A stretch of 64,000 nucleotides of DNA from positions 3,224,001 through 3,288,000 of the forward strand of contig OZ024765.1 of the NCBI GenBank assembly GCA_964016885.1, given 5' to 3'. Each line of letters opens with the position of its first letter. Within the stretch, counting starts at the first letter, position 1. The notes beneath the pieces are model-generated. The model was not told where the DNA came from. It made no database searches and saw nothing but the letters and a program-made list of their open reading frames with translations. This DNA comes from Eledone cirrhosa. Taxonomy: Eukaryota. Positions 12,866-23,830 of this stretch are shown piece by piece. The position numbers were made by a program, and so were the translations under genes.

Positions 12866-15800
12866 ATACTAATAACTGCGTATTTGTTTCTTTTATTAAG
12901 TAAGATTTGAACTAATAATGCTGTACTTTGTAGTAATGTCCCATATTATATTCAACATATTTTAATTAAAATTTATTTTTTTTATAAAAGAAAGAACAAA
13001 AAACCTTATTGAAATTAAGAAATGAATTTTATTCAGTAAAGTTGTTTTTATTTTGTTTTCACTTCATTAACTGCTGAATACGTCTTTTGTTTTTGTTATT
13101 GATTCTTTCAAGAACCATTGTTTACTGTGAATGGTGACTGCAACGAACCTGGATTATTACCAAGTTTCACTGGATGATTGTATTATTTTGTTGTCAGTGG
13201 ACATCTGGACATCTATCTAAATACCTGGAATAAACACAAGGTGTGTGTTTTACGTAACATTTCATTTTAATGTCTGATGTTCCTGTATTTCACATTTAAA
13301 ATGTAACCAAAAATAAACAAGACAGGGACGCTACATCAAAATAAACCACACAGACGAGGTACGAATAATCTAAAATTAATTTTAACAAACTATAAACGAT
13401 GTTTAAAGAGAGACGAACATTAAAATAGGATTTCAAACAAACACGTAAACACAAAGACAATTACAGCCGCCATAATCTAATATCTGAAGATCAACATTTT
13501 TCACGATAGAAATAAAACTAAATATGTAAAGTTTAGTGGCCGCTGATTTACTTGCTTTTAATTTCATTTTGATAATCTGTATTCTGTAGACATATATTTA
13601 TGATTTTAATGATGAAATTTCCTCTTGTCTTTAAAAGATTATTACTTATAAAAATTATAATAGTCACCTCCTCCTCTCGATTAATATGTAGCTTACCCAC
13701 AGGGGTTCCTCAACTGGGCGTTTTCAACTGTTGGGTGGGTGATGAGCAGCTGAACAGAAAATTGAGGGCCATTGGAAACTTTGGTGGCCGATATAGAATT
13801 TTGAGATTTAAGAAGGTATGCTACCCGAAAACCTATTCAAGGAATATATGCAAAGAACCTGAATAAAAATCAGGAAGCTAATTGGGAAAATTAAACCAGG
13901 AACAAACATTTACGAAACATATTTGGTATACTTTGGAATATTTACTATACAGGTGGCTGGTGGAACATTTTTTCATGTGAATGTGGCAAATGACGCCAAA
14001 ATATTTGGCAACCCTTGGCTTACACCTTACTAAATGTTCTGGAGACAAGCCTCTTCGCTATATATCATAGTTCTTCAATCCTTCATCTTCCACAGTTGGT
14101 GAAGTATTTCGATTTGATATGACGATCGCAGAGTTAGATTTAGGACGTGGTGGCGTTCATGGGTTTCTTAGTGTTGTTACTAGAAAGGGTCGACTCTGTC
14201 TTTCACACTTCAGGTTTTTTCATGAATTAAATATCCATTTTCTTTCTGATCGGTCTAACAATGATTTGAACCTACAATGACTCCGTCTGTAATAATGTTC
14301 TCTTATTTGAAATATGCCATACCTAACTCCCGTGTCTGTGTGTGTGAAAAATATTCCAACTTAGAGCGACGTGCCCGTAAATTGTTTAGCCTGATTCCTA
14401 TATATAGATAATGTGTAATATTTGAACCTTCATGGAGGGTCTTTGCCGTAATTTCCCGTAACTCCGACTAGAAGTCATTATGTAGTTTTTTTCGTCCGTT
14501 AAAAATAATGATTAAAACAATTCTATATCCACAGTTATATACACCTCTTCATCACATATTATATTATTTCCACCAATAACTACATTATATCCTTAAATAT
14601 GACACCAAGACATATAATTTGTAAATAAAAGATAAAATATTTAAACCTCAATTTTTAAATAATTTTACCCCCACCTTTGTGTTCTCAGTGTTTAGATTAA
14701 CCCATAATTTTATGATTTTGGAGCATATAACTTATAGTACCAGTCATGTACTGGGATCAATTTAACGGATTGGTTCCTCCCCGCAAATTACTTGACTTTT
14801 GCCTAAGTAAGACATACTCACAGAATGTATCGATGTATATGTATGAATGTGTATATATATTAGTATATTTTATGTTTACAATAAAAATAGACAAACAATT
14901 TAATGATAATATGAAATGAAATTATTATTATTTATTAATAATATTTTTATTGTTTTCACTGCATTAACTTCTGAGTGTGACTTTGTTTTTCTTACTATTT
15001 TCTACTGTAAATGGCGGCTGAGAGGAAATTGGATTATTACTAACGTTTACTGGATTGTGGTGTTTCTTTATTGTTTTATATTTCAATTAGTGGACATCAG
15101 GATAGCAAAGTTGTAATTCTAAGTGTTTTTCCTTGGTATAGGTACTAATGTTGATATGTCCAAATCCTGACATTTATCTGGAATAACATAGTAATATTTG
15201 TCTTGCTGTTTTCTTTAACATGGTTCTTTAAATTCAAACTTATAGATATTAACAATTGATGGGGAGGGGTATATTTGGCGCCTATTTACCTCAAAATTCG
15301 ATGTCAAAACCTGCTTGCATTTTATATATTCAGGGTACGAATATAATAATTAAAGTATATATGTATATATATTCCATGAATAAATATAGTTGCATACTAA
15401 CTCTACCTCGGAACATTTGTTTTCAAAATACGTTTAGACTTATGTCCAGAAATTTATTGTAAAGTGTCTCTGTAAGGAATCCATTTCGATTTTCAGTAGA
15501 TTATATTGCTGTTGAAGATGCAGTCATTTGTCCTTCTTATAATAACCAATTTGTCTTGCAATGGTTCGTATTGTTGCTTCGTCCATTCCATGTTTAGTGT
15601 CCCAAAGTATCGTTAATTCAAAATTTCGTTCTAATGTAATAAATGTTATTTTTCAAAGTTTGACATTCTCACATTAATTCTTTCTCTTCTATATTGTTAT
15701 CTAATGGATTAAACAATGTTTGTTGTGAGAGGTAGGACTAACACGACCGTCTTTCACCGCTGCAGGCAGCTAACTGGCAGTGTGCTTAGCTGACAACGGT

Positions 15801-16431
15801 GAACATCACGTGTTTAGTGTTAGGTCCCAGCAAGCTGTTATTTCTATACTGCGTTAGCTAGAGTCGTATCAATAGAGTACACACCTGTCTTCTGATCAAT
15901 ATTCTTCGAATTCGAGTACCTTTCCTCCTTGAGAAAGTCGTGAGATAAAGTTACAGGATTTAATCCCTACCAAGAATTAAGTAAGTTATTTTAAACCAGA
16001 GACTCTTGTGTCGTCCGGGGCTTCAATCTTTAGTTAGGATTGTAGTATAAACAAAGACAAACAGATGTATATAGCGCCGTTGTACGTTCAAATCATAAAT
16101 ACACAGGCACACACGAAGGATTGGGGAGTCGTGATTGCTGAGAAAATATGTGAGATATAATCTAACAAGCAGACACATCTATGCCTTTAATGGTCAGGTA
16201 TGGCATTTGAAGAACATCTTTGCCGATCATCTGATTGTAGGATGAAATCAACCCTAGAGAGATGAAAAACAAAATCAAGCTCTATTTTATGAAAGCCCCA
16301 GAAAAATTAAGACCTATGTAGACCCCTTTGTAGCATTAAAAAGACCGAGAAAGTTATGAACGCCACCACATCAATTTTGTTTTCAAATAGAAAGTAGGTT
16401 TATAAATATCAATTTTCGGTATGTTTGTGTA

Positions 16432-16508
16432 GCCGTCTCGATAGCTTAGTAGTAAGTATTAGAGACGGGGGAGATCCTGCTCTGAGGTTCAATCTCTGTC
16501 AGGATTTA
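16432..16508 (+). ncRNA. Pol III-like two-hairpin cassette, copy E
   Basis: CCGTCTC-GATAGCTTAGTAGTAAGTATTA-GAGACGG hairpin, then ATCCTG-CTCTGAGGTTCAATCTCTGT-CAGGAT hairpin. Upstream AAAGTAGGTTTATAAATAT. Confidence 0.55.
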
Positions 16509-16596
16509 CACTACGGAGATCGTACTAAATTTTCTTCTCTTTTATTTTGTCTCATGAAATACGAGAAAAAAATGTGTAAGGTTTCTCCCTAATTGT

Positions 16597-16668
16597 AAAT
16601 CCTGCTTGAGATGGAACCCTAGACCAGGAGCTCCACCGTCTTCTCTACCTACCTCTGGGTCACCGAAA
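16597..16668 (-). ncRNA. Pol III-like cassette, copy F (convergent with E, more decayed)
   Basis: Minus strand ...GGTAGGTAGAGAAGACGGTGGAGCTCCTGGTCTAGGGTTCCATCTCAAGCAGGATTT. Confidence 0.4.
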
Positions 16669-17352
16669 ATTATAAACCGACTTGGAAAAAAATTGATGTA
16701 GTGGCGTCAATGCCTTTCCCAGTGTTATTGTTGATAAAAAAAAATGGTCGACGTTGTCTTTCATAATTCTGTTCCGTTTATTAAGTAAATCTTGACATTT
16801 TTCTTATAGCTCTAGGGTTGATTTGAACCTACAACGACTCCGTCTGCAATTATATTCACTAACTTCAAACCCGTCATACCTCGTTTGTGTGTGTGAGTCT
16901 GTGTATGTGACAGATTCCAAGTTCGTGTGACGTTCCAGTAAATTTAACATGATCCCTAGATATAGACATAGATAATATGTATGTGTGTAAGATTTGAACT
17001 TACAATGATGTCATTTGCAGCAATGTCCCATAACTTCAACTAGATGGCACTATGTAAATGTATTTTTTTCGTACTTTAAAAATAATAATTAAAAGAAATT
17101 CTATATCCCCACCTGAAGATTGAACTCCTGAGGTCAGCTTCTATTTCATAACGCCAATACCAACATTACAGACTAACAACTAAGCCACCGACACCAACTT
17201 TAACTAAACAATAAAGGATTAAAACCTCAATTTTTAATTTTAAAATTTTATTACTCCAACTTTTTCTGTTTACATTGCAAATCGTGCCGAGTTTAATTTT
17301 CCATTCTATGTTTTTGGAGAAGATAAAATATTGCACCAATCACGGACTGGGT

Positions 17353-17537
17353 GAATTTAATCGATTGGCTTCTTGACGTAAACTTTTTAGAATTTAATTG
17401 ATTGGCTTCTTGACGTAAACTTTTTAGAATTTAATTGATTGGCTTCTTGACGTAAACTTTTTAGAATTTAATTGATTGGCTTCTTGACGTAAACTTTTTA
17501 GAATTTAATTGATTGGCTTCTTGACGTAAACTTTTTA
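17353..17537. repeat. 37-bp minisatellite, 5 copies
   Basis: Unit GATTGGCTTCTTGACGTAAACTTTTTAGAATTTAATT. TTGACGTAAA recurs at 17373, 17410, 17447, 17484 and 17521. Confidence 0.95.
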
Positions 17538-17565
17538 ACTTTTGACTAAGAAAGATATACTTATA

Positions 17566-17608
<43 letters not shown>

Positions 17609-17734
17609 GGGTCCGTCGATCATTGAGTCGGGTAGGATCGATACAGATCGAACCTTGAGCTGATCAGTGGCGAAACGCGCGTCACCTACCAATAAATGTA
17701 ATTAAGGAGTAACCAATCGTCCTTGTTATCCTTT

Positions 17735-17771
<37 letters not shown>

Positions 17772-17840
17772 AACATCTCTCTATAAATACTTACATATAC
17801 ATGCATACATATTTGTATAATTTTATACATACACACACAA

Positions 17841-17883
<43 letters not shown>

Positions 17884-17905
17884 CCACTATATTACTTCGA
17901 CAGTC

Positions 17906-17956
17906 AGCTTCCTGATGATTTCTCATGAATGAAACAGTTCTAGTCCTGTAGAAGCT
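17906..17956 (+). ncRNA. Type I hammerhead ribozyme
   Basis: AGCTTC-CTGATGA-tTTCtcatGAAt-GAAA-CAG ttctagtc CTG-TA-GAAGCT: 6-bp helix I, intact core, GUA triplet. The first helix II pair is a mismatch. Confidence 0.8.
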
Positions 17957-18036
17957 TTTCTATATTAAATATTTATACTGCTTTGTATTGAGTAACTTAT
18001 TTACTGTGGTACCCCTGATTGAACCCAGGATGAACT

Positions 18037-18074
<38 letters not shown>

Positions 18075-18166
18075 CTTTCGTAATCTAAAATACTTTATTT
18101 AAATTTTAATTAAATTATGTTTGCAATAAACAAAAGAAAGGAATTAATGAAACAAAAACGTTATTA

Positions 18167-18400
18167 TTATTTAGTAATTATATTTTTTATTGTTTTCACT
18201 GCATTTACTGCTGGATAGCTCTTGTGTTTTTCTTTACCAGTTTCAACTGGAAATGGCGATTGCAACGAAATTGGATTATTACCAAGATTTACTGGATGAT
18301 GGATTTTCCTGATTGTATTATTTTGCAAACTGTGGACATCTGGACATCTATCCAAATACCTGGAGTAAACGTAAGGTGTGTCCTTTCCACAACAGTTCAT
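18167..18400 (-). pseudogene. Open remnant (77 aa) of a decayed multicopy ORF of unknown identity
   Basis: MNCCGKDTPYVYSRYLDRCPDVH...HHPVNLGNNP... has broken homologs at ~1245-1460 and ~3910-4145 (minus) in each unit. Confidence 0.35.
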
Positions 18401-18824
18401 TTTAATGTCTGATGTTCCAACAGATCACATTTAACCAATCTACGGAAGGAGTAGCGGCACAAATAAACATGACAGGGAGGCCGCATCAAAAGAAACCACA
18501 CAGACGAGGTACGAGTAACCCGAAATTAGTTTTAAAAATATCAACAATGTTTAAACAAAAGCATGAATATATGATTTCAATCAAACACACCAAAGACAAA
18601 AACAATCACAGCCACAATTTAATATCTGAAGATCTACATTTTCACGATATAAATAAAACTACATAGAGTTTAGTGATCCCCGATTTATTTACTCCTAACT
18701 TTATTTTAATAATCTATATTCTGTAGAGATATATTTTCGTTGGTGTATATTACGATTTTGTTGATGAAATTTTCTGTCTTTAGAGCATTAACAATTATTT
18801 TTATAAACAATATTTCTTATAAGC

Positions 18825-18918
18825 AGCTGTCTGAGTTCAAATCCTTACGGGATCAATAAAATAAAGTACCAGTAATACACTGGGATAATTGCTGGCCTTG
18901 TGCCAAAAGTAGAAACAA
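18825..18918 (+). mobile_element. Truncated tRNA-derived SINE
   Basis: GAGTTCAAATCC...ATAAAATAAAGTACCAG...TTGCTGGCCTTGTGCCAAAAGTAGAAAC, flanked by the direct repeat TTCTTATAAGCA. Confidence 0.85.
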
Positions 18919-19379
18919 TTCTTATAAGCAACATAACATATGTCTCCTTTAAATTTACAAGACAAACAGTAAAATATGATTTCAATCAAACACACAAAGG
19001 CCAAGACAATCACTGCCACAATTTAATGCCTAACGATCAACATTTTCACGATATAAATAAAACTAAAGATGTAGAGTTTAGTGACCTCCGATTTATTTGT
19101 TCCTAAATTTATTTTAATCATACATACTCTGTAGAGATATATTTTCGATGATGTATATTACGATTTTGTTGAAATTTTCTCTTGTCTTTAAAACATTATT
19201 TATCATAAGCAACATAATTGTTACTCCACTCTTAGATTTACATTTTCTGGAATATTCTATTAACATATTTCCAAGTCTATTATTTTAAATGTTTATTTAA
19301 TATACATTACGATTTTATTGATGGCTTTTTTCTCGCAATTTATAATTGTAGAAATGACATTACGTTCACTTACAATATA

Positions 19380-19475
19380 TAACTTTTGGCATTGGTCAGC
19401 AATTATCCCAGTGTATTACTGGTACTTTATTTTATCGACCCCGTCAGGATAAAAGGCAAAATTAACCTCGGCGAA
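19380..19475 (-). mobile_element. SINE 3' portion
   Basis: Reverse complement of the GCCTTTCATCC..GGGGTCGATAAAATAAAGTACCAG core. Confidence 0.85.
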
Positions 19476-19810
19476 TGATAATGAAAATGATTGTGTACAG
19501 TGCTCAGGTGCACTAAAACCCATCAAAGGTGCATGTATATTACATAGAATAATGTACAAATGTCAGGAAAGGGAACAGTGTATGAGTTATGATATACACA
19601 CAGACATGTGTGCGTGTGTATTGAGGGGAAATATCAGATGTAGAAATGCCGAATTTCGGGAAGCATGGAAGTTTTGAAGGGTGCCGTGTACCGACAGTTA
19701 ACAACTGATGCAGGTAGTTTGTTCCATGCTTCAGTAACTCAGCGTAAACAACATGTTTCCGAAAGTCCTGGGAGCTGTACTGTTTTCTGATTTTGTTAGT
19801 ATATCTCATG
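19476..19810 (-). mobile_element. CR1-clade LINE 3' end
   Basis: Encodes ..LRVTEAWNKLPASVVNC..TA.FKTSMLPE (CR1 RV...WN.LP..VV.....FK motif) plus 3' UTR. Same family as 27120-27545. Confidence 0.8.
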
Positions 19811-20122
19811 ACATTATCCTGATTGATATTATATGTTATAAACAGGAGATAAACAAATATACAACAAACACACATCGGAAATATTCAGTAAATAAAGACA
19901 TTAATAAAGGGAACTACACACAATCGTAATACATATCATAGAAAACTCAGCTCTTAAATATTATTAAAAATATACATTATTTAGAAAGAGTGAAGACTAA
20001 ATTGTAAGCAAACCTGGTAACTCTCCCCGTCCGTCGGGGAGATCTCCCAGTCACTTTGGGGTGGGTGAGAGATGTCTTCTCTTGTGAAGATGGGTTTAGC
20101 TTTCATTATGTAAAACCTCCCT

Positions 20123-20347
20123 GTCGCGGGTTCAAGTCCCTCTGCGGGCGTATAAGTTTTTAGGGCGATGGATTGGCAGTATCGGTAGAGTCGGATGCCA
20201 TGCTTTGACGCATAGACTTACGGCCGTTGCCATTCTGAGTTCAAATCCCGCCGAGGTTAACTTTGCCTTTCATCCTTACGGGGTCGATAAAATAAAGTAC
20301 CAGTAATGCACTGGGAAATTGCTGGCCTTGTGCCAAAACTAGAAACA
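20123..20347 (+). mobile_element. Full-length tRNA-derived SINE with a 5' tRNA-3'-half extension and 18-bp TSD
   Basis: TSD ATTATGTAAAACCTCCCT at 20105-20122 and 20348-20365. A box TGGCAGTATCGG, B box GAGTTCAAATCC and the SINE core are present. Confidence 0.9.
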
Positions 20348-20486
20348 ATTATGTAAAACCTCCCTAATTTGCCTCATTTCTTCCTGTTTTGGAACACTTT
20401 TTTTTCATGGTAATCTCCGTTTGGGTTTTTAGAGGTTGGCAGGTCTGATATATTTGTGTGTGTATATATATATATATATACATACA

Positions 20487-20520
<34 letters not shown>

Positions 20521-20566
20521 CATACATGTGTGTGTGTATATATATATCTATATATACATACATACA

Positions 20567-20663
<97 letters not shown>

Positions 20664-20741
20664 GTGTGTGTGTGAGAGACTAAATAAATTTTAGCCTGAT
20701 AGTGGGGTTTAGAACCCTCAAAGAAATGGAAAAAGTTGAGT

Positions 20742-20802
20742 ATTGACGTACACGGGAATCGAACCCACAACCTTGATTATCCAGACCACTGTGTTACCAT
20801 TA
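20742..20802 (-). pseudogene. tRNA pseudogene / tRNA-like fragment
   Basis: Minus strand TAATGGTAACACAGTGGTCTGGATAATCAAGGTTGTGGGTTCGATTCCCGTGTACGTCA has an intact T-arm. The 5' acceptor strand is not recognisable. Confidence 0.5.
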
Positions 20803-21519
20803 GTGTTTAGAGGGGTTAACAGGTCTGCCGTATGTTTAAGCCAGTTTAAACTAGAATGGTGGCGAGATTCATGTTTTTCTTTTAATAGTGTCATTCCAAG
20901 TTCAAATTAACCACAACGCTTCTTACTCGTTCATATTTAGTAGGAATTCTTCTCAAATACTGCATTTTGAAGTCCCTTCATAATATTAAATGTTTCTATC
21001 ATATCACTCGTGTGATTTCCCCCCTCTAAACTTGTAATAAAAAGAGTATTAAACTTTATATTTTCAGGTCTTTAAATCTATATTGACTAGTTTACAAATA
21101 TTTTAATATTTTCACATATTTCTATCACGTCTTCCCTTAGCTTTACGTTTTCCAAAGTTGTAATTCATGGGGGTGTTTACATTGGTATAGTGTACTAATA
21201 TATATATATATTCAAGTCTTTACATTTACCTGGAATAGTGTACTAATATATATATATATTCAAGTCTTTACATTTACCTGGAATAGTGTACTAATACTTA
21301 GCTGTTTTCTATCATGTCTCCCCCTTAGCTTTATCTTTTAATTTTTAAGGTGTTTACATTGGAATAATGTACTAATATATATATATATTTTCAAGTCTTT
21401 ACATTTATATTGACTAGAGTACTAATATTTTGATATTGTATATATTTTTATCCGGTCTCCTCATAGAATTATCCCCTCTAAAGTTCTGAGGGTTTTCACA
21501 TCAGAATATTTTCAACTTA

Positions 21520-21690
21520 CCGTATTTCCCGGCGCCGAAGACGCTTGGTCCTCAAAGACGCACTCTAATTTTGACAACCAAAAATTAAAAAGTAAATAAA
21601 TAAACAACCTTCGACCTCCAGGACGCATAGTAGATTTTTGAGACTTATTCTAGGGAAAAAAAGTAGCATTTTTGATGCCGGGAAATATGG
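21520..21690. mobile_element. Tc1/mariner-superfamily (Tc2/pogo-like) MITE
   Basis: TA-CCGTATTTCCCGGC ... GCCGGGAAATATGG-TA: TIRs with TA duplication. Confidence 0.8.
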
Positions 21691-23444
21691 TAAATGGAAC
21701 AGTGTGCTAATATTTAAATATTCTAATGGTGTGATTCGAAACTCTTTAAATCTCCCTTCACAGGACATATTTCGTAATAATTCTCATGTTTAATGTTTTG
21801 TTTTTCTCTGAATTCCTTCAATATTTTGTTAGTCTTTTCGGAGGTCGGATAACCTTGACCGTAAATATTTTTAATGTTGTCGCACATATCATTTAACTAA
21901 ACTTTTAAAATTTTCTGCACTTAGTAAGGAAAAGGAATGTTTAATTATGTCTATCATTTCACTTGCTTTTTTTCCTTAACCTTTTTACCCACCTTTAAAT
22001 TCAAATGTATGTATATTCCTAATTCTTCAGAGAGGGATGTACGAAGCTCCTTTTTACCTCAAAATTCGATGCCAAAATCTTGAATTTTATACATTCGATG
22101 TACGAATCTATTAATTAAACTAGATATGTATATACAAGCCATGTACATATATATATATGCATATTAACCCTTCTCCCAACTTTTGGTGGTTAAAAAAATA
22201 TGGGGCGCCTTTCTACCTCAAAATTCGATGTCAAAACATTTACGTTTTACACATTTACTGTACGAATATAATAATATATATGTATATACTAGCCATGTAT
22301 AAATATAATTGCATATTAACTCTCTTCAAATACATTTTTTTTTTTTTTTCAAAATAAGGGGAGTTTTATATCGCTAAAAATCCTGTATGAGGTCTCCGTA
22401 AGTGTTCCATTTCAATAAATTTCTCATTTCGATGTTCAGAAGATTATATTGCCGTTGAAGATGTAGTCAATTGTCTTAATAATAAACTTGCCTCGGAATT
22501 GTTCTTATTTTTGTCTCGTCCATTCCATGTTTAGTGTCACAAACTATCGTTAATTCAAAATGTTGTTCTAATGTAATAAAAGTTACTTTTCAAAATCTCA
22601 CATTGTCGCATTCATTCTTTCTCTTGTGTATTGTTATCTAATGAATAAAGAAAACAATGTGGTCTGTGAGAGGTAAAAATAACACGCCCTTCTTCCTCGG
22701 CTGGAAAAACCTTACTGGCGGTGTGGCGAACATCACGTGCTATTTATACTGCACGTTGATTGGAAAGACGCACCAACCCAGGATATACACCTTACTCCTT
22801 AAAATTCTCCGAGTTCCTTTCTTTCCTGAATAAACAGTGAGATAAAGTGACAGGGTTCAATCCCTGCCAAGAATTTCAGTAGGTTTATTTTTAAACAAGG
22901 GACTTTTATGTCGTCGTTACTTTAAAGTGTATTCAGGGTTTCAATCTTTAGTTGGGATTGTAGTATTACTTTTATTTAATTGTAAACAAACAAAGCAGGG
23001 TGTATATAGCTTCGTTGTACGTTCAAATTACACACACACAGAAATATATATATATATATGTATATATATTTCTATATCTATCTATCTATATATATATCTA
23101 TATAAAGGTTTGAGGGGTGGCAAAATTGAAGAGTCACTATTGCTGAGCACACTAATTTAAGATCAAATCTAACACACAGACACACACACATCTATGCCTT
23201 TAGTTGTCATGTATGACAGTTGAGGAACATCACTGCAGATCAGCTGGTCATAGGTTCAAATCAACCATAGATAGATTAAAAAAAAACAAGGGTTTTATTG
23301 TATTGAAGCCCCAGAAAAATAAAAGCCAATGTTGACCCCTTTGTAAATTTAATAATACTGAGAAAGCCATGAACGCCACCACATCAAGTTTGCTTCCAAA
23401 TAAAAAGTAGGTTCATAAATATTAATTTTCAGTGTATTTTTGTA

Positions 23445-23530
23445 GCCGTTTTCGGTGGCTTATGGTAGATATTAGAGACAGTGGAGATCCTGGTCTGAGG
23501 TTCGATCTCAGCGTGTCTGATCAAGTTTTT
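23445..23530 (+). ncRNA. Pol III-like two-hairpin cassette, copy G
   Basis: GCCGTTTTCGGTGGCTTATGGTAGATATTAGAGACAGTGGAGATCCTGGTCTGAGGTTCGATCTCAG...TTTTT. Upstream motif at 23362-23385 and AAAGTAGGTTCATAAATATT. Confidence 0.55.
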
Positions 23531-23559
23531 CACTTTTATATTTTACCACTAATAGAATA

Positions 23560-23646
23560 AAAAAAAAAACCGTAAGACACAGAAATTGAACCCCAGACCA
23601 GGATGTCCACCGTCTCTAATACCTACCAATAGGCCACCGAAACGGA
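23560..23646 (-). ncRNA. Pol III-like two-hairpin cassette, copy H (convergent with G)
   Basis: Minus strand CCGTTTCGGTGGCCTATTGGTAGGTATTAGAGACGGTGGACATCCTGGTCTGGGGTTCAATTTCTG...ACGG then a long T run. Confidence 0.55.
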
Positions 23647-23727
23647 TACAAAAGCACACTGAAAATTAATATTTATAAACCTACTTTATTTCCAAACAAA
23701 AATTGATGTAATGCCTTTCTCAGTGTC

Positions 23728-23830
23728 TTTGAGTTCAAATCCCGTCGAGATTAGCTTTGCCTTTCATCCTTACGGGGTCGATAAAATAAAGTACCAGTAC
23801 TTGCTGGCCGTGTGCCAAAAGTAGAAATAA
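23728..23830 (+). mobile_element. Truncated SINE
   Basis: GAGTTCAAATCCC...GCCTTTCATCCTTACGGGGTCGATAAAATAAAGTACCAG. Confidence 0.85.

Larger units (their letters stand above)
1..15106. repeat. ~4.56-kb tandem macrosatellite / tandem segmental duplication, at least 3.3 near-identical units; left end lies outside the window
   Basis: The same ORF-track peptide recurs at 1229, 5793, 10345 and 14916 (periods 4564, 4552, 4571). Units differ only by scattered SNPs and small indels. Identity breaks at ...acatcaggatagc|aaagttg (15106). Confidence 0.97.
15107..19380. repeat. Older diverged paralog of the 4.56-kb unit
   Basis: Colinear motifs: gtccattccatgtttagt, gtgagataaa, ttttatgaaagccccagaa, atgaacgccaccacatc, gtggacatctggacatctat, aaaccacacagacgaggtacga. 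Confidence 0.9.

Noticed and set aside
23213-23371. 52-codon ORF MTVEEHHCRSAG...
   Set aside because: The frame is broken in every paralog, and the sequence is better explained as a tRNA-like relic.
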